A DNA stretch of 64,000 nt from the NCBI RefSeq assembly GCF_000143415.4, contig NW_003314264.1, forward strand, positions 1,614,480 through 1,678,479. Reading direction: 5' to 3'. A program made the position numbers and the translations under genes. Source of the stretch: Selaginella moellendorffii. Its lineage: Eukaryota > Plantae > Lycopodiophyta. The notes below the pieces were generated by a model. It saw only the letters and a list, made by a program, of their open reading frames with translations. It searched no databases and was not told the origin of the DNA. This document shows, piece after piece, positions 10,042 to 22,290 of the stretch (positions within the stretch are counted from its first letter, which is position 1; each line of letters starts with the position of its first letter).

Positions 10042-13000
10042 CTTTCTTTCGGGAGTATCATCAAGGGGTTCACTCGGCACCGGTTCATCCAGTGTTTACT
10101 TTCCAAGCTCGTTTTTATAACAAGAGGTCTCCTATTCTTCTCTCCGTGTTGGTTGATACAGGTTCGAGTTTATCTTCTATTGCTCGACCTGTTGCCACAC
10201 GTTGTCGTCTACACTTGCGTCGTGCGGCGGATCCAATTTTCATTCTTTATGGCAACGGCCGTACACATGCATGTGCACGAGATGAGGCGGACCTGGTTGT
10301 GCGTGTGGGCAATCTCGAGCTTGAGTTGCAGTCGTTGCGGGTGGTGCCGAGTCAAGCTTTTGACCTCATTCTTGGTATGGATTGGTTGCAGCACAATCAT
10401 GCCAAGTGTGACTTTGAGGTTTTTCCCCCTTGTCTCATACTTCCTTATGTTTCATCCATTCCTCTCACTTCCGTACCTCTTCGTCCCTCTACTTCTACCT
10501 CTGCTTCCATTACTTTTGTTCCCCCATTATTTCCTCTTGTGTTTCCATCTTGTTCTGCTCTTCCCTTTTCCGATCTCTCCGACGATCTTTGTGTTGCAGC
10601 TGTTGACCAGCTCATGAAGGAGTATTTTGATCTCTTTGAATTTGACCTATCGTCTGGGGCCAAGATTGCCACACGTCATCCCATTCCAACCGGGGATGCT
10701 CGTCCAATCAAGGTTCCTGTTCGTCGTCGGTCACCCAAGGAGATCAAGATTTTACGTGCAAACGTCAAGGAGATGTTGGAGAAGGGTGTTATTCGGAAGT
10801 CGCGGAGTCCTTGGGCATGTGAACCTCATCTTGTGACGAAGCCTGATGGGAGTATTCGTTTCTGCATCGACTATCGTCCGTTAAATGACATGACGATCCC
10901 GGACGTGTACCCTCTTCCTCACACTGCTGATCTCTTGGATCGTCTGGGGCAAAGTCGTTGGTTCACCAAGCTAGATTTTGCTTCTGGGTATTGGCAAGTA
11001 CCGATGGCTGAGGACAATATTCCTAAGACTGCTTTTCGTACACCATTTGGTTTGTACGAGTTTTTGGTGATGCCGTTTGGTTTGAACAATGCTCCAGCAA
11101 CTTTTCAGCGAATGATGGACGAGGTTCTTTGCGATATGCCGGTGACAGCTGACTTCATTGATGATGTCTTGATCCACTCGGAGGGGACGTGGGAGGAGCA
11201 TGTTCGTGATGTTTGTAAAGTGTTGGATCGGCTACGTGACGTTGGTTTAAAGCTGAAGCGGTTGAAATGCGTGTTTGGGTCCAAGGACACAACTTATCTT
11301 GGGTACCGTATTTCTCGTGAGGGTTTGCAAGTTGATCCTGACAAACTTGTGGCTGTTCTAAAGTTCCCTACTCCGAAGTGTGTGAATGATGTGCAGCGCT
11401 TTTTGGGTAAGGTGCAGTATCTCGGTCGTTTTGTGGATCATCTTTCCGATCGCACTTTACCATTGCGAGTGTTGCTGAAGTCATCAACGTCATCTTTCAT
11501 CTGGTCTCCCGATTGTGAGGGGGCGTTCGTGAATCTCAAAGAGCTATTGACGACTCCTCCGGTTTTGGCATATCCTGACTACACTCGACCTTTTATTTTG
11601 CGCGTGGATGCTTCTGACATTGGTCTTGGAGGTGTGTTGATGCAAGAGAGCTCGAGTGTGCCTGGTCAGCGCCATCCCATTGCATACATAAGCCGTACAT
11701 TACAACCAGCGGAGATGAACTACTCCACGACGGAGAAGGAGTGTTTAGCAGCAGTCTGGGGTTTCGAGAAACTTCATGCCTATCTACATGGTTCTCGGAC
11801 GTTACTTGAAGGTGACCATGCTGCTGTTACTTCATTATTGAAGCGGAAGAACCTGGTTGGTCGTACGGCTCGATGGGCTTTGAAGCTTCAGATATATGAT
11901 TTCGATGTTGTTCATCGCCCAGGGAGTTCTATGGCTGATGCTGATGCCCTTTCTCGAGCTCCTCTTCCTTCTCCACTCACTTCTCATGTTTCTGACGAAC
12001 CTGTTGTTCCAGCATCTGTGGATTTTCTAGATGAGGATTCTGTGCTGTCGGCGGTTGCTGTCCTTGACGTTCAATGTCCACAGGGCGTAGAGCAAGATCT
12101 ACCTTCTCTGGATGAGGTTCACGAGGCTCAAAAGATTGAGCCGTGGATTCGAAGGCTTCGAGATGGGTTTGAGAATCCTGCATCACTTGCTGATGACTTG
12201 CCTTTTCGGCATTTACATTCTCAATATCGCCTTGAAGATGGCCTTCTTTATTTTGTGGGGACGGATCCTGATGCTCATTTACGGCTGGTGGTGCCTTCGG
12301 TGTTTATTCCGCGGTTTCTCCATGCCTACCATGATTCTCCTATTCTAGGTGGGCATATGGGACACCGTCGTGTCACCGAGAAGTTGCGCAGATCTTTCTA
12401 TTGGCCAGAGATGCGACGTGATATTATCCGGTATGTGCGTAGCTGCGTTTGGTGCCAAGCTCGTAATACTCCCCCTTGTGCTGCGGAAGGACGGTTGGAG
12501 TCAATTGCAGTTTCTCGTCCGTTTGAGTTGGTGGCGTTTGATCTTATGGGACCTTTTCCGCGATCGACTGCTGGCAATGAGTATGTTATTATTGCTTCTG
12601 ACTACTTGACTCGTTGGGTGGAAGTTGGTGCTCTTGCTAGTGCCTCTGCAACTGCTGTTGGATACTTCCTCCTCAATCGAGTGGTGTTCCAGCATTCTTG
12701 TCCAGAACGGATTCTTTCGGATAATGGTCCTGCATTTATGGCTGAGGTATTTCATGTTTTGACATCTCGGTTGGGGATACGCCACACTTTTACGAGTGCT
12801 TATCATCCACAATCAGACGGTCTGGTGGAACGGCTCGTTCAGACGTTCAAAGGGATGATTGCGAAGTATGTGAACTTTCAACATTCGGATTGGGATGGTT
12901 ATTTGCCGTCTCTTCGGTATGCTTATGTCACAGGGGTGCAGAGTTCTGTTGGTGCTTCACCATATAAACTTTTATATGGTCATGATCCAATATTACCAAC

Positions 13001-13463
13001 AGAGCTAGGTTTACCTTCGCGATTGCCACGAGCTCCTGATGCTAGGTCATGGGATCAATATTTGACAAGCATTCTTCCACTTGTCCGAGCAGAGTCTGCT
13101 GAACACTTAGGCCGCGTACAAGTGGGACAACAACGGCGCTACAATTCCCATCATCGTCCACCAGCGGAGTACAAAGTGGATGATTTGGTGTTAGTCCGTT
13201 TTCCCCATCTTACGGTACGTGGTTTATCTAAGGGGCTCCTTGCGCAGTGGAAAGGACCGTATCGGGTGTTGCGGCAAGTTGGACCACAAGTTTATAAGGT
13301 TCGGCATGACGTTCAGCAGGCCGATCCTCCGGAGATTGTGCATGTGCAGCGGTTAAAACGCTTCATACAGAGGGATCAGGAGCAGTTAATACCGTCTACA
13401 GATCCACCGATGCCTCCTCCTGACGTTCCTCCAGATCCCGGCCCATCTACAAGAGAACCCTGA
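9978..13463 (+). CDS. pol: Retrotransposon Pol (PR-RT-RNase H-INT), probably made as a Gag-Pol fusion
   Basis: VDTGSS protease; RT with FIDD; RNase H DAS...EKEC...DALSR; HHCC (HDSPILGGH...CVWC), DD35E core and WKGPY motif. Lacks one Glu codon just before TADFIDD compared with the copies at 15208 and 24478. Confidence 0.95.
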   Translation, partial: GKRGVARVMEGPCANKLVTPPSFFREYHQGVHSAPVHPVFTFQARFYNKRSPILLSVLVDTGSSLSSIARPVATRCRLHLRRAADPIFILYGNGRTHACARDEADLVVRVGNLELELQSLRVVPSQAFDLILGMDWLQHNHAKCDFEVFPPCLILPYVSSIPLTSVPLRPSTSTSASITFVPPLFPLVFPSCSALPFSDLSDDLCVAAVDQLMKEYFDLFEFDLSSGAKIATRHPIPTGDARPIKVPVRRRSPKEIKILRANVKEMLEKGVIRKSRSPWACEPHLVTKPDGSIRFCIDYRPLNDMTIPDVYPLPHTADLLDRLGQSRWFTKLDFASGYWQVPMAEDNIPKTAFRTPFGLYEFLVMPFGLNNAPATFQRMMDEVLCDMPVTADFIDDVLIHSEGTWEEHVRDVCKVLDRLRDVGLKLKRLKCVFGSKDTTYLGYRISREGLQVDPDKLVAVLKFPTPKCVNDVQRFLGKVQYLGRFVDHLSDRTLPLRVLLKSSTSSFIWSPDCEGAFVNLKELLTTPPVLAYPDYTRPFILRVDASDIGLGGVLMQESSSVPGQRHPIAYISRTLQPAEMNYSTTEKECLAAVWGFEKLHAYLHGSRTLLEGDHAAVTSLLKRKNLVGRTARWALKLQIYDFDVVHRPGSSMADADALSRAPLPSPLTSHVSDEPVVPASVDFLDEDSVLSAVAVLDVQCPQGVEQDLPSLDEVHEAQKIEPWIRRLRDGFENPASLADDLPFRHLHSQYRLEDGLLYFVGTDPDAHLRLVVPSVFIPRFLHAYHDSPILGGHMGHRRVTEKLRRSFYWPEMRRDIIRYVRSCVWCQARNTPPCAAEGRLESIAVSRPFELVAFDLMGPFPRSTAGNEYVIIASDYLTRWVEVGALASASATAVGYFLLNRVVFQHSCPERILSDNGPAFMAEVFHVLTSRLGIRHTFTSAYHPQSDGLVERLVQTFKGMIAKYVNFQHSDWDGYLPSLRYAYVTGVQSSVGASPYKLLYGHDPILPTELGLPSRLPRAPDARSWDQYLTSILPLVRAESAEHLGRVQVGQQRRYNSHHRPPAEYKVDDLVLVRFPHLTVRGLSKGLLAQWKGPYRVLRQVGPQVYKVRHDVQQADPPEIVHVQRLKRFIQRDQEQLIPSTDPPMPPPDVPPDPGPSTREP

Positions 13464-13480
13464 CGGCCTTCCATTATTCC

Positions 13481-13495
13481 GAGAGGAGGGGATGA
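13481..13495 (+). promoter_or_regulatory. Polypurine tract
   Basis: GAGAGGAGGGGATGA immediately before the 3' LTR. Confidence 0.85.
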
Positions 13496-13669
13496 TGTGA
13501 GGGCCAAGTGTACGGCTACGATGCCGTATACTAATATTAGCGTAGTGGATTTTGGTAGCCGTCGGATTGGTTTCAATCCGGACCACTCGCTCCTGTATAT
13601 AAGCTAGGGTTTTTGGGCTAGTTGATATGCACATTTCTGTATTCCCTTTCCATATTCCATGCACTCACA
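13496..13669 (+). repeat. 3' LTR (174 bp)
   Basis: 172/174 identical to 8662-8835. Confidence 0.95.
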
Positions 13670-15207
13670 ACTATATTTAGTATTAATAAATATATACTAT
13701 AAAATCCTTATTTTCCAATGTCTTTGATTCCTCTAACCATGCATTTGAATGTTAAACATTGATTTCTTGAGAAAAGTGAGATTGTTATTATAGTTGTAAA
13801 GTGTTCATTTCAAATTTAAAGCCTATTTCAACTAAAGCATAAAGCTCCAAATTCATCAATTTCACTCAAATAACCAAATATATAGTTTATTTTTTGGTGT
13901 TTGGATTATTGATATTGCACAGCCCATGTGTCCAAAACTTTAGTAGGACATAACCATATGAATTGATCACATTGTTTTGGAGGATTGCCATATTGTTTTC
14001 ATCTACAAAATCAATCAGCTGGAGTGTGTAAAGTTCATATAATAATTTTCTTACCACAAAATATTCCTCTAATCCAAACAAAATATTTGACTGTAGAACT
14101 TGCTCTAGGTTGACATATAGCTCACTAAATCTTATGAATATTTTGTTCTTTGACTTAGAAGTAGCTAAACTTTTAATTGCTCAAAAGCATTGGTCCTCTA
14201 TGTTCTATAGTTACATACTCATGCCTAGGACGGTCCAAGTTTCTTGATCGCATAGGCTCACTTACTCATTGTTTTCTTCTGATAGTTTTTAAGGTTCTCA
14301 ATTGGTTTTATTGTAAATTAAATTCCAATAGCATTTAAAGGTGATCCCATCACTTTGTGAGGTTGTAACCAAGAGGTTATGTCAATGTTATAATAAATAA
14401 ACATCTCACCAAATCTTTAAAATTATATGTATTTTATCATAACTTAGCCTTTTATATAAGAGTGCATAAAGGTCTATTGTAAGGTAGAGATGACCAAATC
14501 ATTCTAGAAAGTTTTATATTAAAATATGCATTTAGAGCAACTTGTTTTCAATAGTGGGTAGCAAGTATTTTAAAACTCATTTAATAAAGAAAGAGAATTA
14601 ATAAAGAAATCAATGCCTGTAGTTCTTTATCTGAGAAATAATTGAAGTCTGTAAATGTAGAAAACAACTAAACCACCGTGCTAGCTAAGTCTGTAGTTCT
14701 AAACTTGTATTCCCTATAAACATTACCTTCAACCCACTAAAATGTATAAACTTGTATTACTTATTTAAATCTTCTAAAGTGTTTGTACTTTTTAAACTCT
14801 AGCACAACCAATTGTGATTATCATGGCATTCACCTCAAATGCATTTCTCTATGTGTTTATGTAACTCTACTCTTAATAGAGAAAACAACTCCTCTTTCAG
14901 ATAATTAAAACTTTATTTTTGCCACCATTATAGATAATTTTAATGCTTTTTCAATTGTTTTGTGCTTCATTACTCATGAAATTGTAAAGCATTTGTGATG
15001 TTGAAAATTTTATTTCAACTTGATATGTGTTGTTCAAAAAAGAACTTAAAATGACATTTCTTTCAAATAACTATCACCATCAAGGATTATACTCTATATA
15101 AAAGGATTTTCTAATAAAGAGAACTTAAATAAAGAAGTTCACAAAAATATTTTATACACTAAAGAATATTCTATTAAGGTTTTAGTTGTAATATTTTTAT
15201 TAAATAG

Positions 15208-18200
15208 TGTGAGTGCTAGAATATAGAAAGGGAATATGGAAAATATGCATATCAATTAGCCCAACAACCCTAGCTTATATACAGGAGCGAGTGGTCCGGA
15301 TTGAAACCAATCCGACAGCTACCAAAATCCCACTACGCTAATATTAGTATATGGCATCGTAGCTGTACACTTAGCCCTCACATCATCCCTCCTCTCGGAA
15401 TAATGGAAGGCTGTCAAGGTTCTCTTGTAGACGGGCTAGGATCTAGAGGAACATTAGGAGGAGGCATTAGTGGATTTGTAGGTGGTATTAACTACTCCTG
15501 ATCCCTTTGTATGAAGCGTTTCAACTACTGCACATGCACAATCTTCAGAGGATCGGCCTGTTGGACGTCATGCCGAACCTCATAAACTTGTGGGCCAACT
15601 TGCCACAACACCCGATACGGTCCTTTCCATTGTGCAAGGAGCCCCTTAGATAAACCATGTACCGTAAGATGGGGAAAATGGACTAACACCAAATCATCCA
15701 CTTTATATTTTGCAGGTGGACGATGATGGGAGTTGTAGCACCGTTGTCCCACTTGTACGTGGCCTAAATGTTTGGCAGACTTCGCTTGGACAAGTGGAAG
15801 AATGCTTGTCAAATATTGATCCCACAACCTAGCATCGGGAACTCGTGGCAGTCGCGAAGGTAAACCCAACTCTGTTGGTAATATTAGATCATGACTATAT
15901 AGGAGTTTATATGGTGAAGCACCAATAGAACTTTGCACCCCTGTGACATAGGCATACCAAAGAGACTGCAAATAACCATCCCAATCTGAATGTTAAAAGT
16001 TCACATACTTCACAATCATCCCTTTGAATGTCCGAACGAGCCGTTCCACCAGACTGTCTGATTGTGGATGATAAGCACTCGTGAAAGTGTGGCGTATCCC
16101 CAACCGAGATGTTAAAATATGAAATGCCTCAGCTATAAATGCAGGACCATTATCCAAAAGAATCCGCTCTGGACAAGAATGCGGGAATACCACTCGATTG
16201 AGGAGGAAGTATCCAATAGCAGTTGCCAAGGCACTAGCAAAAGCACCAATTTCCACCCAATGAGTCAAGTAGTCAGAAGCAATAATAACATACTCATTGC
16301 TAGTAGTCGACCGTGGAAAAGATTCCATAAGATCAAACACCACCAACTCAAACGGATGGGAAATTGCAATTGACTCCAACCGTCCTTCCACAGCACAAGG
16401 GGGAGTATTACGAGCTTGGCACCAAATGCAGCTATGCATATACCGGATAATATCACGTCGCATCTTCAGCCAATAGAAAGACCTGCGTAGCTTCTCGGTC
16501 ACACGACGATGTCCCATATGCCCACCTAGAATAATAAAATCATGGTAGGCATGGAGAAACCGCGGAATAAAGATAGAAGGCACCACTAGCCATAAATGAT
16601 CATTAGGATCCATCCCCACAAAATAAAGAAGGCCATCTTTAAGATGATATTGAGAATGTAAATGCCAAAAAGGCAAGTTATCAGCAAGTGATGCAGGATT
16701 CTCAAATGCATCTCGAAGCCTTCGAATCCATGGCTCAAGCTTTTGAGCCTCGCGAACCTCATCAAGAGAAGCTGGATCTTGCTCTACGCTTTGTGGACAC
16801 TGAACGTCAAGTATAGCAACCGTCGAATCCTCGTCTAGAAAATCTATAGATGCTGAAACAACAGGCTTGTCAGAAACATGAGAAGAGAGTGGAGAAGGAA
16901 GAGGAGCTTGAGATAGGGCATTAGCATCAGCCATAGAACTCCATGGGCAATGAACAACATCAAAATTATATATCTGAAGCTTCAAAGCCCACCGAGCAGT
17001 ACGACCAACTAGGTTCTTCCGCTTCAATAATGAAGTAACGGCAGCATGGTCACCTTCAAGTAACGTTCGAGAACCATGTAGATATGCATGAGGTTTCTCG
17101 AAACCCCAAACTACCGCTAAACATTCCTTCTCTGTCGTGGAGTAGTGCACCTCTGCTAGTTGTAATGTACAGCTTATATATGCAATGGGATGATTCTGAC
17201 TAGGCACACTCAGGCTTTCTTGCATCAACACACCTCCAAGACCAATATCAGAAGCATCTATGCGCAAAATAAAAGGTCGAGTGTAGTCAGGATATGCCAA
17301 AACCGGAGGAGTCGTCAACAGCTCTTTGAGATTCACAAACGCCCGCTCACAAGTTGAAGACCAGATGAAAGATGACATTGATGACTTCAGCAACGCTCAC
17401 AACGGTGCAATGCGATCAGAAAGATGATCCACAAAATGACCAAGATATTGCACCTTGAATAGGAAGTGCTACACATCATTCACACACTTCGGAGTAGGGA
17501 ACTTTAGAATGGCTACAAGTTTTTCAGGATCAACTTGCAAACCTTCATGAGAAATACGGTACCCAAGATAAGTTGTGTCCTTGGACCCAAATACACACTT
17601 TGACCACTTCAGCTTTAAACCAACGTCCCGTAGCCGATCCAACACTTTACACATATCACAAATGTGCTCCTCCCATGTCCCCTTCGAGTGAATCAAGGCA
17701 TCATCAATGAAGTCAGCAGTCACCTCTAGCATATCACAAAGAACCTTGTCCATCATCCGCTGGAAAGTTGCTGGAACATTGTTCAAACCAAACAGGATCA
17801 CCAAGAACTCGTACAAACCAAACGGTGTACAAAAAATAGTCTTAGGAATATCTTCTTCAGCCATCGGTACTTGCCAGCACCCAGAAGCAAGATCGAGCTT
17901 GGTGAACTAATGACTTCGCCCTAGACGATCTAAGAGATCAGTAGTGTGAGGAAGAGGGTACACATCCGGGATCGTCACTTCATTTAACGGATGGTAGTTG
18001 ATGCAGAAACGAATACTCCCATTAGGCTTCGTCACAAGATGAGGTTCACATGCCCAACGACTCCGCGACTTCCGAATAACATCCTTCTCCAACATCTCCT
18101 TGACGTTTGCATGTAAAATCTTGATCTCCTTGGGTGACCGACAACGAACAGGAACCTTGATTGGACGAGCATCTCCTGTTGGAATCGGATGACGTGTGGC

Positions 18201-20205
18201 AATCTTAGCCCCAGACGATAAGTCAAATTCAAAGAGATCAGAATACTCCTTCATGAGCCGGTCAATAGCTACAACACAAAGATCATCGGAGTGATCAGAA
18301 AAGGGAAGAGCAGAACAAGATGGAAACATAAGAGGAAATAGTGGGGGAACAAAAGTAATGGAAGCAGAAGTAGAAGTAAAGGGACGAAGAGGTACGAAAG
18401 TGAGAGGAATGGATGAAACATAAGGAAGTATGAGACAAGGGGGAGAAGCCTCAAAGTCACACTTGGCATGATTGTGCTGCAACCAATCTATACCAAGAAT
18501 AAGGTCAAAAGCTTGAATTAGCACCACCTGCAATGACTGCAACTCAAGCTCGAGATCGCCCATATGCACAATCAGGTCCACCTCATCTCATGCACATGCA
18601 TGTGTACGGCCATTGCCATAAAGAATGAAAATTGGATCTGCTACACAACGCAAGTGTAGATGACAGCGTGCGGCAACAGGTCGAGCAATACAAGATAAAC
18701 TCAAACCTGTATCAACCAACATGGAGAGAATAATAGAGGACCTTTTGTTATAAAAATGAGCTTGGAAAGTAAACATTGGATGGACCGGTGCCGAATGAAC
18801 CCCTTGATGATACTCCCGAAAGAAAGATGGAGGGGTCACTAACTTATTCCCGCAAGGTCCCTCTGTTACTCGTGCGACTCCTTGTTTCCTGGATGCACCT
18901 CAGTGTCCAAACCCTCCACTGCAGTAGCACCAACGGGACATTGCTGATGCCAAGGTCTCCACCCAGGAAATGGAGGTCGCCAATCCGGAAAGCGCCGACA
19001 ACGCCAATAAGTATGACCAACTTCATCACACACCCAACAACGAACATCACGGCCATGACCACGTCCTCACCCTTGTCCTTGGACTTGAGTAGCAGCCGCA
19101 TCAACCTCCATTGGAACAGGACCATCACTCATAGGAAGTGGAGCGGAAGGATGTGCAGCGAGAAGTGGAAGAGGCGACGTCTCATAACATTGTGCCAAGC
19201 GAAGAGCATCGTCAAGGTGGCAGGAGCAAGTGCATGCACAAGTCCGACAAGATCTTGACAAAGTGCTGGCCATAACATTCCTAGCTTGATCCGCTCCGAC
19301 ATATTTGGCTCCGCACGAAGCAAAAGACTTCGGAAACGAACGCCAACTTGCATCACCGACTCAGATGGCCCTTGGCAAAGACGATGGAATTGTTGGAAAG
19401 CATCATCACAGTCATCGGCATGTCCAAAGGCGTGTTTGAAGACATCCGGAAGAATACTCCAATCCCCGTGAGTGGCTGCTCCCAAACCGTTGTACCACTG
19501 CAACGCCGTCCTTTGGAGACACGTGGGAAACTCACCCAAACGTCGAGCATCATCCCAAGAATGATATGTGGCAATCACCGTAAAGTGATCGAACCAATGC
19601 TACACATCATCCCCAGGATTCCCGCGAAAGAACTCCAGCCGAACGCGAGGATTGGCACCAAGAGCAGAAGGAGTTACACCATGTGCCGTGAACACTGCCA
19701 TCAACTGAGTTTGGTTGTTCAATTGCAAGCGCATAGCATCAAGCAATTGTAACAACTATTGCTCCAGAGTCAAAGGAGGAGATTGCTGATCTGCCATGGA
19801 GACGAATGAAAAAGAAAGAGTAAAAGAAGAGAAATGACAAAAAGCTAGAAGGAAATGGTAGATTTAGACAATGCAAAAAGCTAAATCTAAACCAAAATCC
19901 TGAAAGGAAAAAACAAAAGAAAGGAAATGGAAAAAGCTAGATCTAGACAATGCAAAAGCTAGATCTAAACTGAAATCCCAAATCCAAGCACTCCCCAGGG
20001 ACAATCAAAGGTGCCCCTCACTTCCACCAATGTGAGTGCTTAGAATATGGAAAGGGAATACAGAAATGTGCATATCAATTAACCTAACAACCCTAGCTTA
20101 TATACAGGAGTGAGTGGTCCGGATTGAAACCAATCCGATGGCTACCAAAATCCCACTACGCTAATATTAGTATATGGCATTGTAGCTGTACACTTGGCCC
20201 TCACA
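15208..20205 (-). mobile_element. Full-length but decayed copy of the same Ty3/gypsy family
   Basis: LTRs at 15208-15382 and 20031-20205 (~11 transitions plus 2 indels), TSD ATAG/ACAG, PBS TGGTGGAAGTGAGGGGCA. Gag and pol are broken by stops and frameshifts. Empty site at ~38886. Confidence 0.95.
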
Positions 20206-21409
20206 ACAGATATTTAAAAAATAGTAATTTAAGCATCTAATCTTTGTGGGCAATAATTGCTATTTGATAGAGTTTTGCATTATCACCTAATTTAGAATTT
20301 AAATTATTATTTTAATATCTAATAATTAGTAATTATACTAAATATTAAAATTATATATCTATATTATGTTTTCATTACATTTTTAGTGTAATTATAAAAA
20401 AATGCCCTATATTGTTTTCAGTGTAATTTATAGATAAAATTTATTTTAATTTTAAATACAATATCAATATCTTTTTTTTTCACCTCATATTCAGATGTTA
20501 TAATGAATCTCGAATTTAACATTTGGATCCATCCTATGCAAATGATAAAATACTCTAGAATTTTAACATTTAAAGAATTATGTGTAATTGCAACTTTGTT
20601 GTAAAGCTTTCTATTTACAGTATCACTTCCATAACTGAGAATTATATACTCGTGCTGATGGTATTGCTGCTTGATGTTGATCTTTTACTTTTAATTATAA
20701 TGCTTTTGAGTATGTTGTCTTTGCTTTCTTTGACCAAGTATTTGTAATCTCATATATTTGTTGTTTCTTGTCTACTAATATGAAATTAAGAAATATTTAA
20801 AGAACTTGAATTGTAATTATAAAGTTTGTATATATGTACAAGGCATGGTTGAAAGAAGAATATAACATCTAAGCTACAATAAAATCTTGGAGAAAATTAA
20901 GTCCCATATATACTAATGAAAAAAGTTCTATATACTAACGTAAATACGTTTGTGAATAGGCTTATATAGATTTAAACTCACCAAACACTATAAATCTATA
21001 ATTTGTTTGCATAAGCAAACCTGTAGCAGTATTGACTATATTTAAATATGCTTGGAGATTCTAGGATATTTTAATAGCTAATAGTTGTTGTTCATTTAGA
21101 TTAATATTTCTATTTATAATTTATAATCTTTCCTAAACACTTTCTAGTATATTCTTGTTTATTCTACTATTGATGCAAGGGCCAATGGAATAATATTAAT
21201 CTTGACTCATAAATTATAAATATGTTTATAACCATTGATCAATTAGATTGTCTCTCATATTTTTTATCCTTCACCATGGTGTGCCAGCTAAGATCCTTTT
21301 GCGTCTTTTCAGGTACCATCTTTGTTTGGGTTTCATGGACGGCTCCGTCAACCTTGCATCACACTCTTTCCTTGCAAAGTTTACCAACCTCCGAGAAAAG
21401 CTTTTCTCT

Positions 21410-21760
21410 CATTGAGCAAGCATGCTGAGTAGTGGATTCCATCCAGATTTCTCTCCCAGATCTGTGAGTGGAGCCTCTTCTCTGCTAAGTCGCTGTGTGC
21501 CTTGAGCGCCACCATGAAAGTCTGAGCGTTTGGCTGCTGGCTTGCTCATAGCACTCAAGAGCAAAGGTTGTTCTCAGCATATCCCAGGAAACAATGTTTT
21601 GCTACTCCATGCAAAGTCTCAGCGTTTGGAGGCAGGCCAGCTTCTCGTTGCATCTGATAGAAGACGTGCTGTCCCATGATGATCGTGTTCCAGGCAACCA
21701 ACGTCATGTTTATTTGTCCTCCTGAACACTTCTGATGCTTCCATGAGGCTGCTTGCAACG
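21410..21760 (-). pseudogene. PLS-class PPR gene fragment
   Basis: LVAWNTIIMG, VFYQMQREAGLPPNA and PNAQTFMVALKA..LHSQI motifs with frameshifts. Confidence 0.65.
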
Positions 21761-22290
21761 AATTTGAATTTGCGAGGTAGACCAACCTATCCTGTTCTTC
21801 GTCCCATCCTGTTGAACAACCTGTGTTGCAAGCCGCAGTGTAGACTTCGACCATACTTTCACAATTGCACTTGCTTGAATGATGCTCTTGACTCTGGAGA
21901 AACTTATCTGGCCGCTATGCCCTGACTGCTTCTTCTCATCGGAGCGCCTGCAAGAACACAGAGCAAAAGTAGTACGTTACCTTTTCTCAAACCTTTCGTC
22001 TCAAGAAACTTCTCTGGCCTTTGGAGGTGCACTAACGTCTGCTCCCCCGTCACTCTAGAGGATAGCTCAGTCAAATCGAAACTTGGTAGTTTCTTGCTCT
22101 ATTTTCCAGTCCATGTTCCAAGCCACCTGTGCAATAACTTCCAAGTCTGGTGACTTCCACCAGTTGACCCTTGTATGTGATCTTCACTGTCCGTGAGCAA
22201 GAGCCTGATGTCTTCTTGCTCTGCAACTTCATCTCCTTGAAGATTGTTTGTACACAATCTTCCATGTGACAACGCATGCACTGTGCTGAC

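Larger units (their letters stand above)
8662..13669 (+). mobile_element. Intact, young Ty3/gypsy LTR retrotransposon (5008 bp, no chromodomain)
   Basis: 174-bp LTRs differ at only 2 positions. The 4-bp TSD ACTA is confirmed by the empty site in the duplicate unit (~37235). PBS, PPT and open gag and pol are all present. Confidence 0.97.

Noticed and set aside
13300-13495. Chromodomain or env-like ORF after integrase in the intact element
   Set aside because: INT ends with the GPY motif and a short Pro-rich tail directly before the PPT; there is no room or motif.
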